DNA of 64,000 nucleotides from a bacterium (GCA_963643165.1 CAVIJD010000002.1:35234-99233); one strand, 5' to 3'. Counted from the stretch's first letter, positions 18,683 to 31,448 are shown. Made by a program: numbers and translations. Notes: generated from the letters alone by a model not told the origin.

Positions 18683-19465
18683 ATGCAAAACAAACCGTTG
18701 ATATTAGTTGTGAACGATGACGGCTACGAGGCCAGAGGGCTTGAGGCGATGGTTCAGATTGCCAAAACGTTTGGCGAAGTGGTGGTGGTCGCGCCCGACA
18801 GAGTACGTTCGGCATCGGGCCACTCCATCACGATGCACGAGCCGCTCCATGTTACCCACTACAAGACCGAAGACGGCATTGCCTATTGGCGCACCAACGG
18901 CACGCCCGTGGATTGCGTGAAACTGGGCCAAAAGGTGGTTCTGCGCGGGCGCAAGATTGACCTTGTGCTGTCGGGCATCAACCACGGATCAAACTCCTCT
19001 GTCAGCATCATCTATTCCGGCACTATGGGGGCTGCTATTGAGGCTTCGTTTGAAACGATGGCCGTGGGCATTTCTGTCCTCGACTACAGTAAGGACGCCG
19101 ATTTTACGGCTGCTATACATTATGGTAAAATAATTGTGGAACAGGTACTTAAGAACGGACTTCCGCCCCGGATTTGCCTGAATGTGAATGTCCCCAAATT
19201 GCCGTTGAGCGAAATAAAAGGCATGAAGGTGACCCGGCAGACGGAGGGCTATTGGGAAGAAGACTTGGAAGCACGCACTGACCCGCAAGGCCGCAATTAC
19301 TATTGGCTGGCAGGGCATCTGGTGGATACCGACCATAAAGAAGACTCGTGCGAGTGGGCACTGCACCACCAATATGTTTCGATACAGCCTGTGCAGTATG
19401 ACCTTACCGCTTATAAATATATGAATGAAGTCAAATACCTTGAATTAGAAGAAAATGGAAAATAG
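18683..19465 (+). CDS. surE: 5'/3'-nucleotidase SurE
   Basis: MQNKPLILVVNDDGYEARGLEAMVQIAKTFGEVVVVAPDRVRSASGHSIT...SGINHGSNSSVSIIYSGTMGAAIEA. Confidence 0.95.
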   Translation: MQNKPLILVVNDDGYEARGLEAMVQIAKTFGEVVVVAPDRVRSASGHSITMHEPLHVTHYKTEDGIAYWRTNGTPVDCVKLGQKVVLRGRKIDLVLSGINHGSNSSVSIIYSGTMGAAIEASFETMAVGISVLDYSKDADFTAAIHYGKIIVEQVLKNGLPPRICLNVNVPKLPLSEIKGMKVTRQTEGYWEEDLEARTDPQGRNYYWLAGHLVDTDHKEDSCEWALHHQYVSIQPVQYDLTAYKYMNEVKYLELEENGK

Positions 19466-19778
19466 GTTTTTCAACTTTTTGCGAAAAGACTCTATAGGTC
19501 TGGGCGTTGTGATTGGATTTGTGGTCCCGGCAGTGCTCTTCGGCATTCTTTTTGCCATCTTCGCCATCCTGGTGAAGACAAACCCTGAAATGCTGGTCAA
19601 CAACCCCTCATTGCAGCGCACTATCATCCCGAAACTGATTCTGATCAGCCTCATTCCGTCGCTGCTGATTCTACGCCACTATCTGCTGAAACTGAAATAC
19701 GACAAGACGGGACGTGGTATCATCATCTCTACGTTTGTTTTAGGCCTGGTGTTTGTCATCGTTCAGTTTTCCCTATAG
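19455..19778 (+). CDS. Small integral membrane protein (hypothetical)
   Basis: 107 aa with three hydrophobic helices. Overlaps the surE 3' end by 11 nt and the convergent GT2 gene by 16 nt. Confidence 0.55.
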   Translation: MENRFFNFLRKDSIGLGVVIGFVVPAVLFGILFAIFAILVKTNPEMLVNNPSLQRTIIPKLILISLIPSLLILRHYLLKLKYDKTGRGIIISTFVLGLVFVIVQFSL

Positions 19779-20700
19779 ATTGTGCTTTCCCCCGTTTCCT
19801 GAAAAAGGCACAAAAGCTTGTACAGGTCAAGTGCGCGTATGTTGTAGTGCTGGAGGACGAGTTTTTTCAGCGTGCGGCGGTTGATGTTCAGGAACAGGGC
19901 TGCCGGCTTTGACAGATGCCAGTCTGATAGTTTCAGAAATGTGTGCAGCAGGCGGTTCTCACGGATGAAGTCCGGAGAGGCTTTCCCGTTGTTCAGCAGC
20001 ATTGCCAGATTGGCAATTGCGGTTTCGGTTTTTGACAGAAATACCTCGTTTCGGTCGAGGCCCTCGTGGTAAATCCCGTTGTCGATGTGCTCTACGGGGA
20101 TGGCGTTGCGCCGCAGTTGTTCTCCAAAGAAGACATCTTCAAAGCCGTAGGTCTTGAACGACTCGTCGAAGCGGCAGATGTTGAACACGGTTTTTGAGAC
20201 GAGCATGTTGAACGGTGTGAAGGAGCGGTAGGGGTGCAGGCTTCTTTGCGCTGCGCTTTTCTGTTCACGGTTGATGCCGTAGTGCCAGCGGAGCCGGTAT
20301 GCTTTTTCCGGAGGCGTTTCATGATAGGCCACGCCGCCCATAGTTACAAAAGGATCGGCAATGTCGGGATGGCAGTTGCGGGCATGTTGGACATAGTGTT
20401 TCAGGTAGTCAGAACTTTTTACGCCGGCATCACCGTCAATAAAGAGCAGATAAGGGTATTGAGCGGCATCGGCGAGGCGGTTGCGGGTGTAGGCGCGCCC
20501 CAGGTTTGTTTCGTTGCGGAGAAAGGTCACTTCCGGATTTTCTGCCACTTTCTCGTTTTCAATGACAGTCCGTTGGTCTGGAGAGGCATCGTCCAGGATC
20601 AGGATTTCAAAAGGGATGGAAAGCAAGCGTGCCTGCTCCAGCAGGGGAGTGGCGAGCGGCTCGGCGGAGAGGTTGTAAACAGGCAACAGGATGGAGAGCA

Positions 20701-20701
<1 letters not shown>
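19763..20701 (-). CDS. Glycosyltransferase family 2
   Basis: [16 protein letters not shown]...[12 protein letters not shown]...[31 protein letters not shown] (DxD). The start overlaps the ftsE stop (TGATG). Confidence 0.88.
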
Positions 20702-23443
<2,742 letters not shown>

Positions 23444-23476
23444 TTACAAATGGTTTTATTATAAATTCAAAGTATG

Positions 23477-23484
23477 CAAAGATA
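23477..23484 (-). promoter_or_regulatory. -7 promoter box TATCTTTG for gyrB
   Basis: Plus strand caaagata, 33 nt upstream of ATG 23443. Confidence 0.55.
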
Positions 23485-23571
23485 TAAAAAATCGTTGGAA
23501 GTACGGTGCGCAATCTTGCTAAAAGTTACGGCTTTGTTCAGGTTTTTTTCGACGTTAAAGATGTAGGTTTC

Positions 23572-23606
23572 AGAAAAGAAAAGAGGCGGCTTTCAGGCCG
23601 CCTCTT
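23572..23606 (-). terminator. Rho-independent terminator after the PLP-enzyme gene
   Basis: Perfect 10-bp GC-rich stem aagaggcggc/gccgcctctt with a 6-nt loop. On the minus strand it is followed by UUCUUUUCU. It lies 21 nt after the stop at 23628. Confidence 0.8.
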
Positions 23607-23627
23607 GAGGTATAGCAAGACCGGGGA

Positions 23628-24824
23628 TTACCGGGTCTCTTCGATGGCTTGTTTGATGAGTTGGAAGGTGCGTTCCGGGTCGTTGTCGAGACCGACGGAG
23701 AAGCGGATGAGACCTTCGCTCATGCCCATTTCTTTCTGGATGTCTTCAGGAACTTCCGAAGAGGTGGACTTTCCGGAGTTGCTGAAGAGGGTCTTGAAGT
23801 AGCCGAGGCTGACGGCGAGGTAGCCTACGCCCAGTTCCTGCATTTTCTCCATGATGGCGCTGGCTCTTTCAGCCGTGCCCATGTCGATGGAGATCATGCC
23901 GCCGTAGCCGTAGCCTTCGTTCATCATTTCGGTGAACAGTTTGTGGTCAGGATGCTCCTCGAGGCCGGGATAGTTGTACTTGATGCCCGTCTCTTTGAAG
24001 CGTTTGGCCAGGTACATGGCGTTCTCGCCGTGTTTCTTCATGCGGATGTGCAGCGTGTGCAGGTTCTTCTGGATGCTGGATGAACGGAAGGTGTCCAAAA
24101 CGGGGCCGAGCAGCATGGCGGTGCCGTTGTTCACGTCAATCAAGGAGTTGATATAGTCGGCTGTTCCGCAGATGGCGCCTGCCACACAGTCGTTCATGCC
24201 GTTCACATATTTGGTCATACTGTAGATGACGACATCGGCGCCGAGACGGTACGGTGAGAAGATCATCGGCGTGAAGGTGTTGTCAACGAGCAGTTTGGCG
24301 CCGGCAGCGTGGGCGATCTTAGACAACTCGGGGATGTTGGCGATGCGGAGCAACGGGTTGTTCATCGTTTCCGTGTAGAGAACTTTGGTGTTGGGCCTGA
24401 TGGCTTTCTTGACGGCATCCAGGTCCTGCATGTTGACGAAAGTGACTTCGACATTGAATTTCTTGAGGTAGTTGTTCAGAAATGCGAACGTTCCGCCGTA
24501 AGTGGTCATGCTGGATACGATATGGTCGCCGGCTTTCACTTCGTGGAGCAGCGCCACTGTGATGGCAGCCATTCCGGAACCGGTGGCCCAGGCAGACTCG
24601 GTGCCTTCCATTGCGGCCAATGACTGTGCCAATGCCAGCGTGCTCGGATTCCAATGTCTGGAGTAGAGGAAATAACCCTCCGTTTCGCCATGGAATGTGT
24701 CGGTCATGGTCTTTGCCTGTTCAAACATGAATGTGGCGCTGTCGCAGATGGCAGGGTTGACGCCGCGGTAAGCGTCTTTTTTGTCCAACTTCTCGATGTT
24801 GGTTGCGGGATCAAATTTTTCCAT
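23628..24824 (-). CDS. Cys/Met-metabolism PLP-dependent enzyme (trans-sulfuration / gamma-lyase family; exact activity not assignable)
   Basis: 398 aa. ...ATGSGMAAITVAL...VVIYSMTKYVNGMND (PLP-lysine motif SxTK)...SLGYFKTLFS...EMGMSEGLIRFSVGLD, typical of this family. Confidence 0.85.
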   Translation of the reverse strand: MEKFDPATNIEKLDKKDAYRGVNPAICDSATFMFEQAKTMTDTFHGETEGYFLYSRHWNPSTLALAQSLAAMEGTESAWATGSGMAAITVALLHEVKAGDHIVSSMTTYGGTFAFLNNYLKKFNVEVTFVNMQDLDAVKKAIRPNTKVLYTETMNNPLLRIANIPELSKIAHAAGAKLLVDNTFTPMIFSPYRLGADVVIYSMTKYVNGMNDCVAGAICGTADYINSLIDVNNGTAMLLGPVLDTFRSSSIQKNLHTLHIRMKKHGENAMYLAKRFKETGIKYNYPGLEEHPDHKLFTEMMNEGYGYGGMISIDMGTAERASAIMEKMQELGVGYLAVSLGYFKTLFSNSGKSTSSEVPEDIQKEMGMSEGLIRFSVGLDNDPERTFQLIKQAIEETR

Positions 24825-24886
24825 ATTGTTTATCAGTTATTTAGATAATGTTAGATAGTGTGCTTGACGGTTTGCCTAAAAGCGTG

Positions 24887-24894
24887 CAAAGATA
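24887..24894 (-). promoter_or_regulatory. -7 promoter box TATCTTTGcacg for the PLP-enzyme gene
   Basis: Plus strand cgtgcaaagata, 62 nt upstream of ATG 24824. Confidence 0.5.
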
Positions 24895-24905
24895 TGTTTT
24901 TTATG

Positions 24906-27023
24906 TTATTCCAGTCCACGGTTCTTGAGCAACGGTTTGATGGAGGGCTCGTGCCCGCGGAATGCCGTGTAGAGTTTCATGCATTCTTCGGTGTTGCCCT
25001 TTTCGAGGATGTTGATGCGGAATGCCGTGGCCGTCTCCTGGTCAAAGATGCCGTGTTCGCGGAAGGCTTCATAGGCGTCATTGTCGAGCACGGCCGCCCA
25101 AGTGTAACTGTAATAGCCGGCACCGTAGCCTCCGGAGAAGATGTGCTGGAAGTAGGGACTCTTGTACCTCGATACAATAGATGATATCAGCCCGATTTGC
25201 GCCATCTGACGGTTTTCATAGTCCGGGAGGACGATGTCCGTGCTTTTGGTGATGGTGTGATAGTCCATGTCAAGCAGCGAGGCGGCCAGCAACTCGGTGT
25301 TGATGAAGCCCTGCCCGTAAGTCTTGGAGGCCTGTATTTTCTTGATTAACTCGTCGGGGATGACTTGCCCGGTGCTGTAATGCTTGGCGTACATCTTGAG
25401 CACTTCCGGCTCAAATGCGAAATGCTCCATGAACTGCGAGGGCATCTCTACATAGTCGCGGGGCACGTTGGTGCCGGAAAGCGAACGGTAGTGGCAGCGC
25501 GAAAGCATGCTGTGCAACCCGTGGCCGAACTCGTGGAAGAGGGTCTCCACCTGGTCGATGTTGAGCAACGCAGGACGGCCGCCCGCCGGTTTGGTGAAGT
25601 TGAAGACTAACGACACGACCGGAATGACGTTCTCCCCGTCGCGCGTGTAGTACTGCTCCCTGAAGTTGGTCATCCAAGCGCCGCTCCGCTTCGACTCACG
25701 CGGGAAGAAGTCCATATATACGATGGCGATGACTTCGTTGCGGTCGATGACTTCGTAGGCCTTTACGTCTTTGTGATAGACAGGGATGTCTTTGTTTTCG
25801 CGGAAAGTGAGCCCGTACAGTTTGTTGCAGACCATGAAGAGTCCTTTTTGTGCGGTGTCAAGGGAGAAGTAGGGCCTGATGGCCTCTTCGTCCACGTCAT
25901 ATTTGGCTTTCCGTTCTTTTTCGCAGTAGTAACGCCAGTCGCACGGCTCCAGCTGGAACCCGCCTTTTTCCTTGTCAATCATCTTCTGGTAAGAGGCGGC
26001 CTCTTTTTGGGCTTTGGCAAGGGCCGGTTTCCAAACCTGCATGAGCAAGTCATATACGTTTTTGTCATTTTTGGCCATGCAGTCGTCCAACACATAGTTG
26101 GCGTAGTTGTCGAAGCCGAGGATGTTGGCTTTTTCCAGCCGCAGGTTCACGATCTCGTTGATGATGGCGGCGTTGTCAAAGTTCCCGCCGAGGCAGCGGT
26201 TCGTGTAGGCCGTCCAGATCTCCTTGCGCAGATCGCGGTCTTGGCAGTACATCAGGAATGGCTCTAATGTGGGCATGTCCAGCGTGAACACGTAGTTGCC
26301 TTTGGTGTCACTGCCTGCGTTCCCGGCCTCAAGGGCGGCGTGAAGCAGCGAGGAGGGAAGCCCCGCCAGCCGGGTGGTGTCGGCAACGACCAGTTTGTAG
26401 TCGTTGGTGGCACTCAATACGTTGTTGCCGAATTTCAGGGTCAGCGTCGAAAGCCGGCTGTTTATTTCACGGAAACGCTCTTGCTTCTCTTTGGGGATGT
26501 TCGCACCGCCCCGCACAAAACTCTTGTATGTCTCTTCAAGCAGGCGCAACTGCTCGCTGTTCAGACTCTCGGCCTCGCGGTTGTCGTAAACTTGCTTCAC
26601 TCGTGCAAACAGTTTCTCGTTCAACATGATGTCGTCGCTGTGCTGCGAGAGTACGGGGAATATGGTGTCCGCTATGGCCTCCATCTCTTCGTCGTTGCAA
26701 CATTCTGACAGGTTCATGAATACAGAACTGACTTTGTTGAGCAGTTCGTCACTGTATTCCAATGGGATGATGGTGTTGGCGAACGTCGGCTTTTCTTTGC
26801 TGTTGCAGATGCCGTCAATGGCCTCTTTCTGCTGCCGCATGCCCTCTTCAAATGCCGGCAGATAATGAATTGTCTTGATCTTTTCAAACGGAGGAACGCC
26901 GTAAGGGGTCTCCCATTTTTGCATGAATGGGTTGTCTGAAAGGTCTGTCTTGCTCTTCTTGCTGCATGCACCGCTGATCAGACCGGCGGTGACGATGCTC
27001 ATGATTACGAGTTTGTGCTTCAT
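24906..27023 (-). CDS. dcp: M3-family zinc metallopeptidase, peptidyl-dipeptidase Dcp-like lipoprotein
   Basis: Lipoprotein signal MKHKLVIMSIVTAGLISGAC. Zinc motif FHEFGHGLH. About 705 aa. The track start 27059 (MYFCP...) lies in the promoter box, so ATG 27023 is used. Confidence 0.9.
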   Translation of the reverse strand: MKHKLVIMSIVTAGLISGACSKKSKTDLSDNPFMQKWETPYGVPPFEKIKTIHYLPAFEEGMRQQKEAIDGICNSKEKPTFANTIIPLEYSDELLNKVSSVFMNLSECCNDEEMEAIADTIFPVLSQHSDDIMLNEKLFARVKQVYDNREAESLNSEQLRLLEETYKSFVRGGANIPKEKQERFREINSRLSTLTLKFGNNVLSATNDYKLVVADTTRLAGLPSSLLHAALEAGNAGSDTKGNYVFTLDMPTLEPFLMYCQDRDLRKEIWTAYTNRCLGGNFDNAAIINEIVNLRLEKANILGFDNYANYVLDDCMAKNDKNVYDLLMQVWKPALAKAQKEAASYQKMIDKEKGGFQLEPCDWRYYCEKERKAKYDVDEEAIRPYFSLDTAQKGLFMVCNKLYGLTFRENKDIPVYHKDVKAYEVIDRNEVIAIVYMDFFPRESKRSGAWMTNFREQYYTRDGENVIPVVSLVFNFTKPAGGRPALLNIDQVETLFHEFGHGLHSMLSRCHYRSLSGTNVPRDYVEMPSQFMEHFAFEPEVLKMYAKHYSTGQVIPDELIKKIQASKTYGQGFINTELLAASLLDMDYHTITKSTDIVLPDYENRQMAQIGLISSIVSRYKSPYFQHIFSGGYGAGYYSYTWAAVLDNDAYEAFREHGIFDQETATAFRINILEKGNTEECMKLYTAFRGHEPSIKPLLKNRGLE

Positions 27024-27048
27024 AATTGTGTGGATGAAAATTTTGGGG

Positions 27049-27056
27049 CAAAAATA
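27049..27056 (-). promoter_or_regulatory. -7 promoter box TATTTTTG for dcp
   Basis: Plus strand caaaaata, 25 nt upstream of ATG 27023. Confidence 0.55.
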
Positions 27057-27237
27057 CAAAAAAGGTTCGGTCTGTGCTTGGGGGATGAAAGTCAGTCCAA
27101 TTGTGAAAATCTTGCGAAAAATGACCGTTGCCGTTATATAAGATTTGTGAAAAGAGTGTTGAAAACGAATTTAAGTGCTTTGTTTTCAATAAGAAAAAAA
27201 TAATCGATACCTCTTGACAAACGTATGGCTGTGACTG

Positions 27238-27245
27238 TATCTTTG
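27238..27245 (+). promoter_or_regulatory. Candidate -7 promoter box TATCTTTG far upstream of the small secreted protein gene
   Basis: gTATCTTTGtgg, with ttgaca about 20 nt upstream. It would give a leader of about 225 nt before ATG 27477, hence the low confidence. Confidence 0.35.
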
Positions 27246-27476
27246 TGGTGTTGATTTTATGCAGGGGCTGGCATCCCCGCCTGAAGTTCACAAAAAGACT
27301 CCGGAACAGGGTCAATGACAAAAATAATAACGAATTAATATAAGAAAAATGCCGTATTAGACCAGAAAACAACTGAAGTGCCGTTGCCCGGCCCTGAAGC
27401 GAAGATTGGATTGAACTCCTCCTGCGTAAGTGGAATCAAAAAAATCAATATCAAAAAAATTAAAAAAACAAAAACC

Positions 27477-27977
27477 ATGAAAAAATTATTATTGTTAGTT
27501 AGCATCTGTTTAATCGGTATCAGCGCATCTTTTGCAGAAGACGATCCCGCAATCATTGTCCGTAAGTACAACGGTGGATGGTGGGCCTGGCTCAATTTGT
27601 ACAACAGAGTTGAATATACGCCCTCGACAGATGGCGGTCCTGCAATTCTGGAATGTAGCGGAAAGGGTTTCAGCTTCTGCCGCGTCCCGTCTGCTTCATT
27701 CAATTATGTCCTTGGTTCGACAAACAACGGAACCGTCAATATGACGCCGCAAGTCAACGCCAGACTCATAGATGCTGTCAACCAGTTGATTGAACAAAGT
27801 GAAAACAGAGGTTCAAAAGGGGTGACTAACGGAACGGCATCCACGAAGATTGCCGTGCAAGGTTCCTCCAAGAAGGTAGATACTTATGTCGTGAAGGCAA
27901 AATGGTCCTATAACCAGTACGGCGAAGGCACCGTGAATATCTATATCGACAAGTTGAACCTTTTGCAAAGACAATAA
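27477..27977 (+). CDS. Hypothetical small secreted protein (166 aa, single Cys pair)
   Basis: Signal peptide MKKLLLLVSICLIGISASFA. Mature part contains ...GGWWAWLNLYNRVEY...ILECSGKGFSFCRVP... I recognise no family. The track ORF start 27378 is an upstream extension through an A-rich leader. Confidence 0.6.
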   Translation: MKKLLLLVSICLIGISASFAEDDPAIIVRKYNGGWWAWLNLYNRVEYTPSTDGGPAILECSGKGFSFCRVPSASFNYVLGSTNNGTVNMTPQVNARLIDAVNQLIEQSENRGSKGVTNGTASTKIAVQGSSKKVDTYVVKAKWSYNQYGEGTVNIYIDKLNLLQRQ

Positions 27978-28019
27978 TCCGCCTGAATTAGCGAAGGATA
28001 ATTATAAATCAATATAGAA

Positions 28020-29669
28020 ATGAAAAAGATAGGAATTATTATGCTCTGCCTCACAGGGTTCTTCAGTGGGGAATCGTGCTTCGGCCAAGAATGGATGGGT
28101 TCGCAATTCGCACTCGACACGGTTGTTGAGATGAAAGGCAACTACGACGGGTACAATGTGAACAAACTGGTGTGCTGCATCTGCGACGGGGTGTTCTACT
28201 TTACCGAAATGCAAGCGTTCCAACATTCCCAGAACGGTCATGTCGCCACGATCCACGCACTCTCCCTGAAGGACTATGCCCAGTCTGAACTGACCTTTTC
28301 GCTGCCACAATCTTTCCCGAAGAAATATGAGGTGGAAAACAGTTTTTGGGTGTATGACTTCAGAATCTATGAAGACAGGGCTGTAATTTCTGTCCAGGAC
28401 TATATTCTCCTGTACCGCCGCAACGGAGGTTCTATGTTCCAATTCGACACGATGGTCCACCGCCCCGTAAGCATGGCCGTGTTCCTGAAAGACAACAAAC
28501 TGCATTATTTCACGGAAGACCACGACAAAGGCTATCGCTGGAATTGCCTGGACCTCCAGACCGGCAAGGACAAGGTGCTGACGGAACTGAAATACGAGGC
28601 TCCACATATCGTGCAGGCTAATCCTAATCGCTATCTCTTTCACGATGAAAACAATGTTTACTTTTTGAGTACAAGGTATCCCGTTCTACATAAATATGAT
28701 CAGGATGGCCGCCGGGTAGAGGACATTACGTTCAGCCTGCCCGGCTGGCATCCTTTTGAAGACGAGTTTATCAAACGCAGCCTCTCCTACGAGTACGGGG
28801 CTGCGCGAATCTATGCCACGATGGACAAGGTCTTCAGTTATTCGTATCCTAAACTGGTGTTCCCCATAGGCGGAAGTTACCTGATGTACTATACTCAGTA
28901 TGATACGGCTACCGGAAAGTCGGCCCCGATGTATGCCCTGTCAGAAAAGGGTGACTCTGTCAAGATGTATGGCTGCCAAGACTTGCAAAACGAGCCCTAC
29001 GGGGCAGACCGATTCCCGTTTAACCTGCTGGCTCCGCTCGAGGACAAGGCCCGGACCAGCTGGGGCGACCTGCTCGTTGAGGTCACGGCAGGCATCAGCA
29101 ACCCGTGGAACGGTCTGACCCCGGCAGAATATAAACAGGAAAAGGAACGGTTTTTCCGCAAAAACGAACCGGTCCTGCAAGTCAGGGTGATGCGCCTCAA
29201 GAACAGTGCCCCGGCAGAACAGGTCTTCTTTTATGATGAGGATGACAAACCACATTCATTGAACGACTTGAATGTTGACAAACAGGTGCTGCTGCTGCAT
29301 CAGTCGCTGGAGTGCTCGGCCTGCAACAGCCATATCCTGCGCATTATGAACACACTTGACACGGCAGATGTCCGTATCGGAATTATGTATGCCAAATATT
29401 ATGGGGCGTTGAGCGAAAGAGAAACACGCTATAGTACAGCACAATACATGGACAAACACTATAATCTCTATTATCTGCTGCCGGGTTTCGGCGAACAATA
29501 CCCCCAGTTCTTCGCCCGGAATCCCCGCAGTTATCCGTTGGTGTGCCTGTATGAGCGCGGCAAGACCCCCCTTTTGTTCTCGGTAAACGAGATATTCACC
29601 GACAACGAATATACCCTTGAGTTCTCCCCCGCCTTTATGGAGGCCTGGCGGAAGTTCCTGTCAAAGTGA
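28020..29669 (+). CDS. Hypothetical secreted protein: N-terminal beta-propeller-like region fused to a C-terminal thioredoxin/TlpA-like domain with a CSAC motif
   Basis: Signal peptide MKKIGIIMLCLTGFFSGESCFGQ. The first ~400 aa are repetitive and beta-rich (...NVYFLSTRYPVLHKYDQDGRRV...). The C-terminus ...VFFYDEDDKPHSLNDLNVDKQVLLLHQSLECSACNSHILRIMNTL... has the layout of redoxin/TlpA domains (a CxxC after a beta strand). Confidence 0.6.
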   Translation: MKKIGIIMLCLTGFFSGESCFGQEWMGSQFALDTVVEMKGNYDGYNVNKLVCCICDGVFYFTEMQAFQHSQNGHVATIHALSLKDYAQSELTFSLPQSFPKKYEVENSFWVYDFRIYEDRAVISVQDYILLYRRNGGSMFQFDTMVHRPVSMAVFLKDNKLHYFTEDHDKGYRWNCLDLQTGKDKVLTELKYEAPHIVQANPNRYLFHDENNVYFLSTRYPVLHKYDQDGRRVEDITFSLPGWHPFEDEFIKRSLSYEYGAARIYATMDKVFSYSYPKLVFPIGGSYLMYYTQYDTATGKSAPMYALSEKGDSVKMYGCQDLQNEPYGADRFPFNLLAPLEDKARTSWGDLLVEVTAGISNPWNGLTPAEYKQEKERFFRKNEPVLQVRVMRLKNSAPAEQVFFYDEDDKPHSLNDLNVDKQVLLLHQSLECSACNSHILRIMNTLDTADVRIGIMYAKYYGALSERETRYSTAQYMDKHYNLYYLLPGFGEQYPQFFARNPRSYPLVCLYERGKTPLLFSVNEIFTDNEYTLEFSPAFMEAWRKFLSK

Positions 29670-29705
29670 ACCGCCGCTGAGATGAGAAGAGATTTGTAAA
29701 AATGA

Positions 29706-29713
29706 TATTTTTG
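29706..29713 (+). promoter_or_regulatory. -7 promoter box TATTTTTG for the DUF58-radC pair
   Basis: gaTATTTTTGcagc, 22 nt upstream of ATG 29736. Confidence 0.55.
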
Positions 29714-29735
29714 CAGCCCGAAAACTCAGAAAAAG

Positions 29736-30671
29736 ATGCCATACACGATAGACCTAACGAAAATAACGCAGTACGACAATGTTGAATTTGTCGCCAAGCA
29801 AGTGGTGGAGGGTTTCATAACAGGGATACACAAGAGCCCGATGCACGGTTTTTCAGTGGAGTTTGCAGAACACCGCCAGTACAATACGGGCGAGCCGGTA
29901 AGACATATAGACTGGAAACTGTATGCCCGCACCGACAAGCTTTTCGTCAAGCAGTATGAGGAGGAGACCAACCTCCGTTGCCATCTGGTTATCGACAATT
30001 CGGCATCTATGTATTTTCCGGTGCGCAAGCATTATTCATTGGCTGAACCGAACAAGGTTTTCTTTTCCGTGTATGCGGCGGCTGTCTTGATGCAGATTTT
30101 CAAGAGCCAGCGCGACGCCGTCGGCTTGAGCCTCTTTTCTGACAAACTGGAACTGCACACCGCCGCCCGCGGCGGCGACGCCCACAACAAAATGATCTAC
30201 CGCGAACTGGAGAAGGTGCTGCAGCCTATCGGCACGGAGGTGCATAAGGGCTCAATGGTGGCAGACACGTTGCACCAAATTGCAGAACAGATTCATAGAA
30301 GGTCGCTGGTCATTATCTTCAGCGATATGTTCGAAAGCCAAAAAAATGTCGAAGACTTGATGCTTGCCCTAGGACATCTGCGCCACAACAAACATGAGGT
30401 CGTGCTGTTCCATACGTTCGACAAGAGCCTGGAATATGACTTCGCTTTCGAGAACCGACTCTATCGTTTTGTGGATATGGAAACTGGCAATGAAATAAAA
30501 GTTCATGCCAACAATATCCGGGAGTTCTATCAACACGAGGTTCATGACTTTTTCCATGAGATCAAGGTGAAATGCGGCCAGTATCAGGTGGATGTAGTCC
30601 CCGTTGACATTACGCAAGGATTCGACCAGATTCTGCTGCCCTACTTGCTGAAGCGTTCACATACGGTCTGA
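29736..30671 (+). CDS. DUF58 domain protein (vWA-like, MoxR-associated family)
   Basis: ...VEGFITGIHKSPMHGFSVEFAEHRQYNTGEPVRHIDWKLYARTDKLFVKQYEEETNLRCHLVIDNSASM... is the characteristic DUF58 core. Confidence 0.85.
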   Translation: MPYTIDLTKITQYDNVEFVAKQVVEGFITGIHKSPMHGFSVEFAEHRQYNTGEPVRHIDWKLYARTDKLFVKQYEEETNLRCHLVIDNSASMYFPVRKHYSLAEPNKVFFSVYAAAVLMQIFKSQRDAVGLSLFSDKLELHTAARGGDAHNKMIYRELEKVLQPIGTEVHKGSMVADTLHQIAEQIHRRSLVIIFSDMFESQKNVEDLMLALGHLRHNKHEVVLFHTFDKSLEYDFAFENRLYRFVDMETGNEIKVHANNIREFYQHEVHDFFHEIKVKCGQYQVDVVPVDITQGFDQILLPYLLKRSHTV

Positions 30672-31381
30672 TGAAAAAGGAGACCAAGGCGTCCGGACTT
30701 TCAATTGCCGAATGGAGCAAGCAGGACAGGCCTCGCGAGAAATTTATGGAGAAAGGCATCTCGTCGCTTTCAGATGCTGAACTGGTCGCTATCTTGCTGC
30801 GAACAGGCACGGCTTCTGAGAATGCCGTGGATCTGGCCCGGAGGTTGCTTGCCGGATGCGGAAATCAACTGCAAACATTGGCAACATGTTCTTTGAAAAC
30901 GCTTCTTGAAACCAAAGGCATAGGGGTTGCCAAAGCCGTGACCCTGCACGCCGCGTTCGAAATCGGGAACCGCATCCGGGCCGAAAAGGTGATGGAAACG
31001 AAACGCATTAACAGTATCCTTGATGTGGTGGAACTGATGCAGGACAAAATCGCCAACCTGCCGCATGAGGAGTTTTGGGCCGTCTATCTCAACCAAGCCG
31101 GCCGCATCCTCGATGTGAGGCAAATCGGGAAAGGCGGCCTCACCGATACTTTGGTGGACATCCGCACCCTCATTCAATTTGCCCTCGACCAAAGGGCAAC
31201 CAGTATGATCGTCTGCCATAACCACCCCTCAGGCGCCATGCGCCCAAGCCAGGCCGACATCCGACTGACACACCAGATCCAAGAGGCCTCTCGACTTTTC
31301 AAAATCGCTCTCGTGGATCACGTTATTCTGCATAAAGACGCTTATTTCAGTTTTGTCAATGAGGGACTCCTCTCAACCTGA
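30671..31381 (+). CDS. radC: RadC-family JAB-domain protein
   Basis: ...RPREKFMEKGISSLSDAELVAILLRTGTASENAVDLARRLL... plus the JAMM-like motif VCHNHPSG. One-nt overlap (TGATG) with the DUF58 gene. Confidence 0.9.
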   Translation: MKKETKASGLSIAEWSKQDRPREKFMEKGISSLSDAELVAILLRTGTASENAVDLARRLLAGCGNQLQTLATCSLKTLLETKGIGVAKAVTLHAAFEIGNRIRAEKVMETKRINSILDVVELMQDKIANLPHEEFWAVYLNQAGRILDVRQIGKGGLTDTLVDIRTLIQFALDQRATSMIVCHNHPSGAMRPSQADIRLTHQIQEASRLFKIALVDHVILHKDAYFSFVNEGLLST

Positions 31382-31448
31382 CCCGCCTCGCTCCGCAAGG
31401 CTGCGCCCAAAGGCTGCCCTGCTGGAATGACCGCCCCGGATAATTTTG

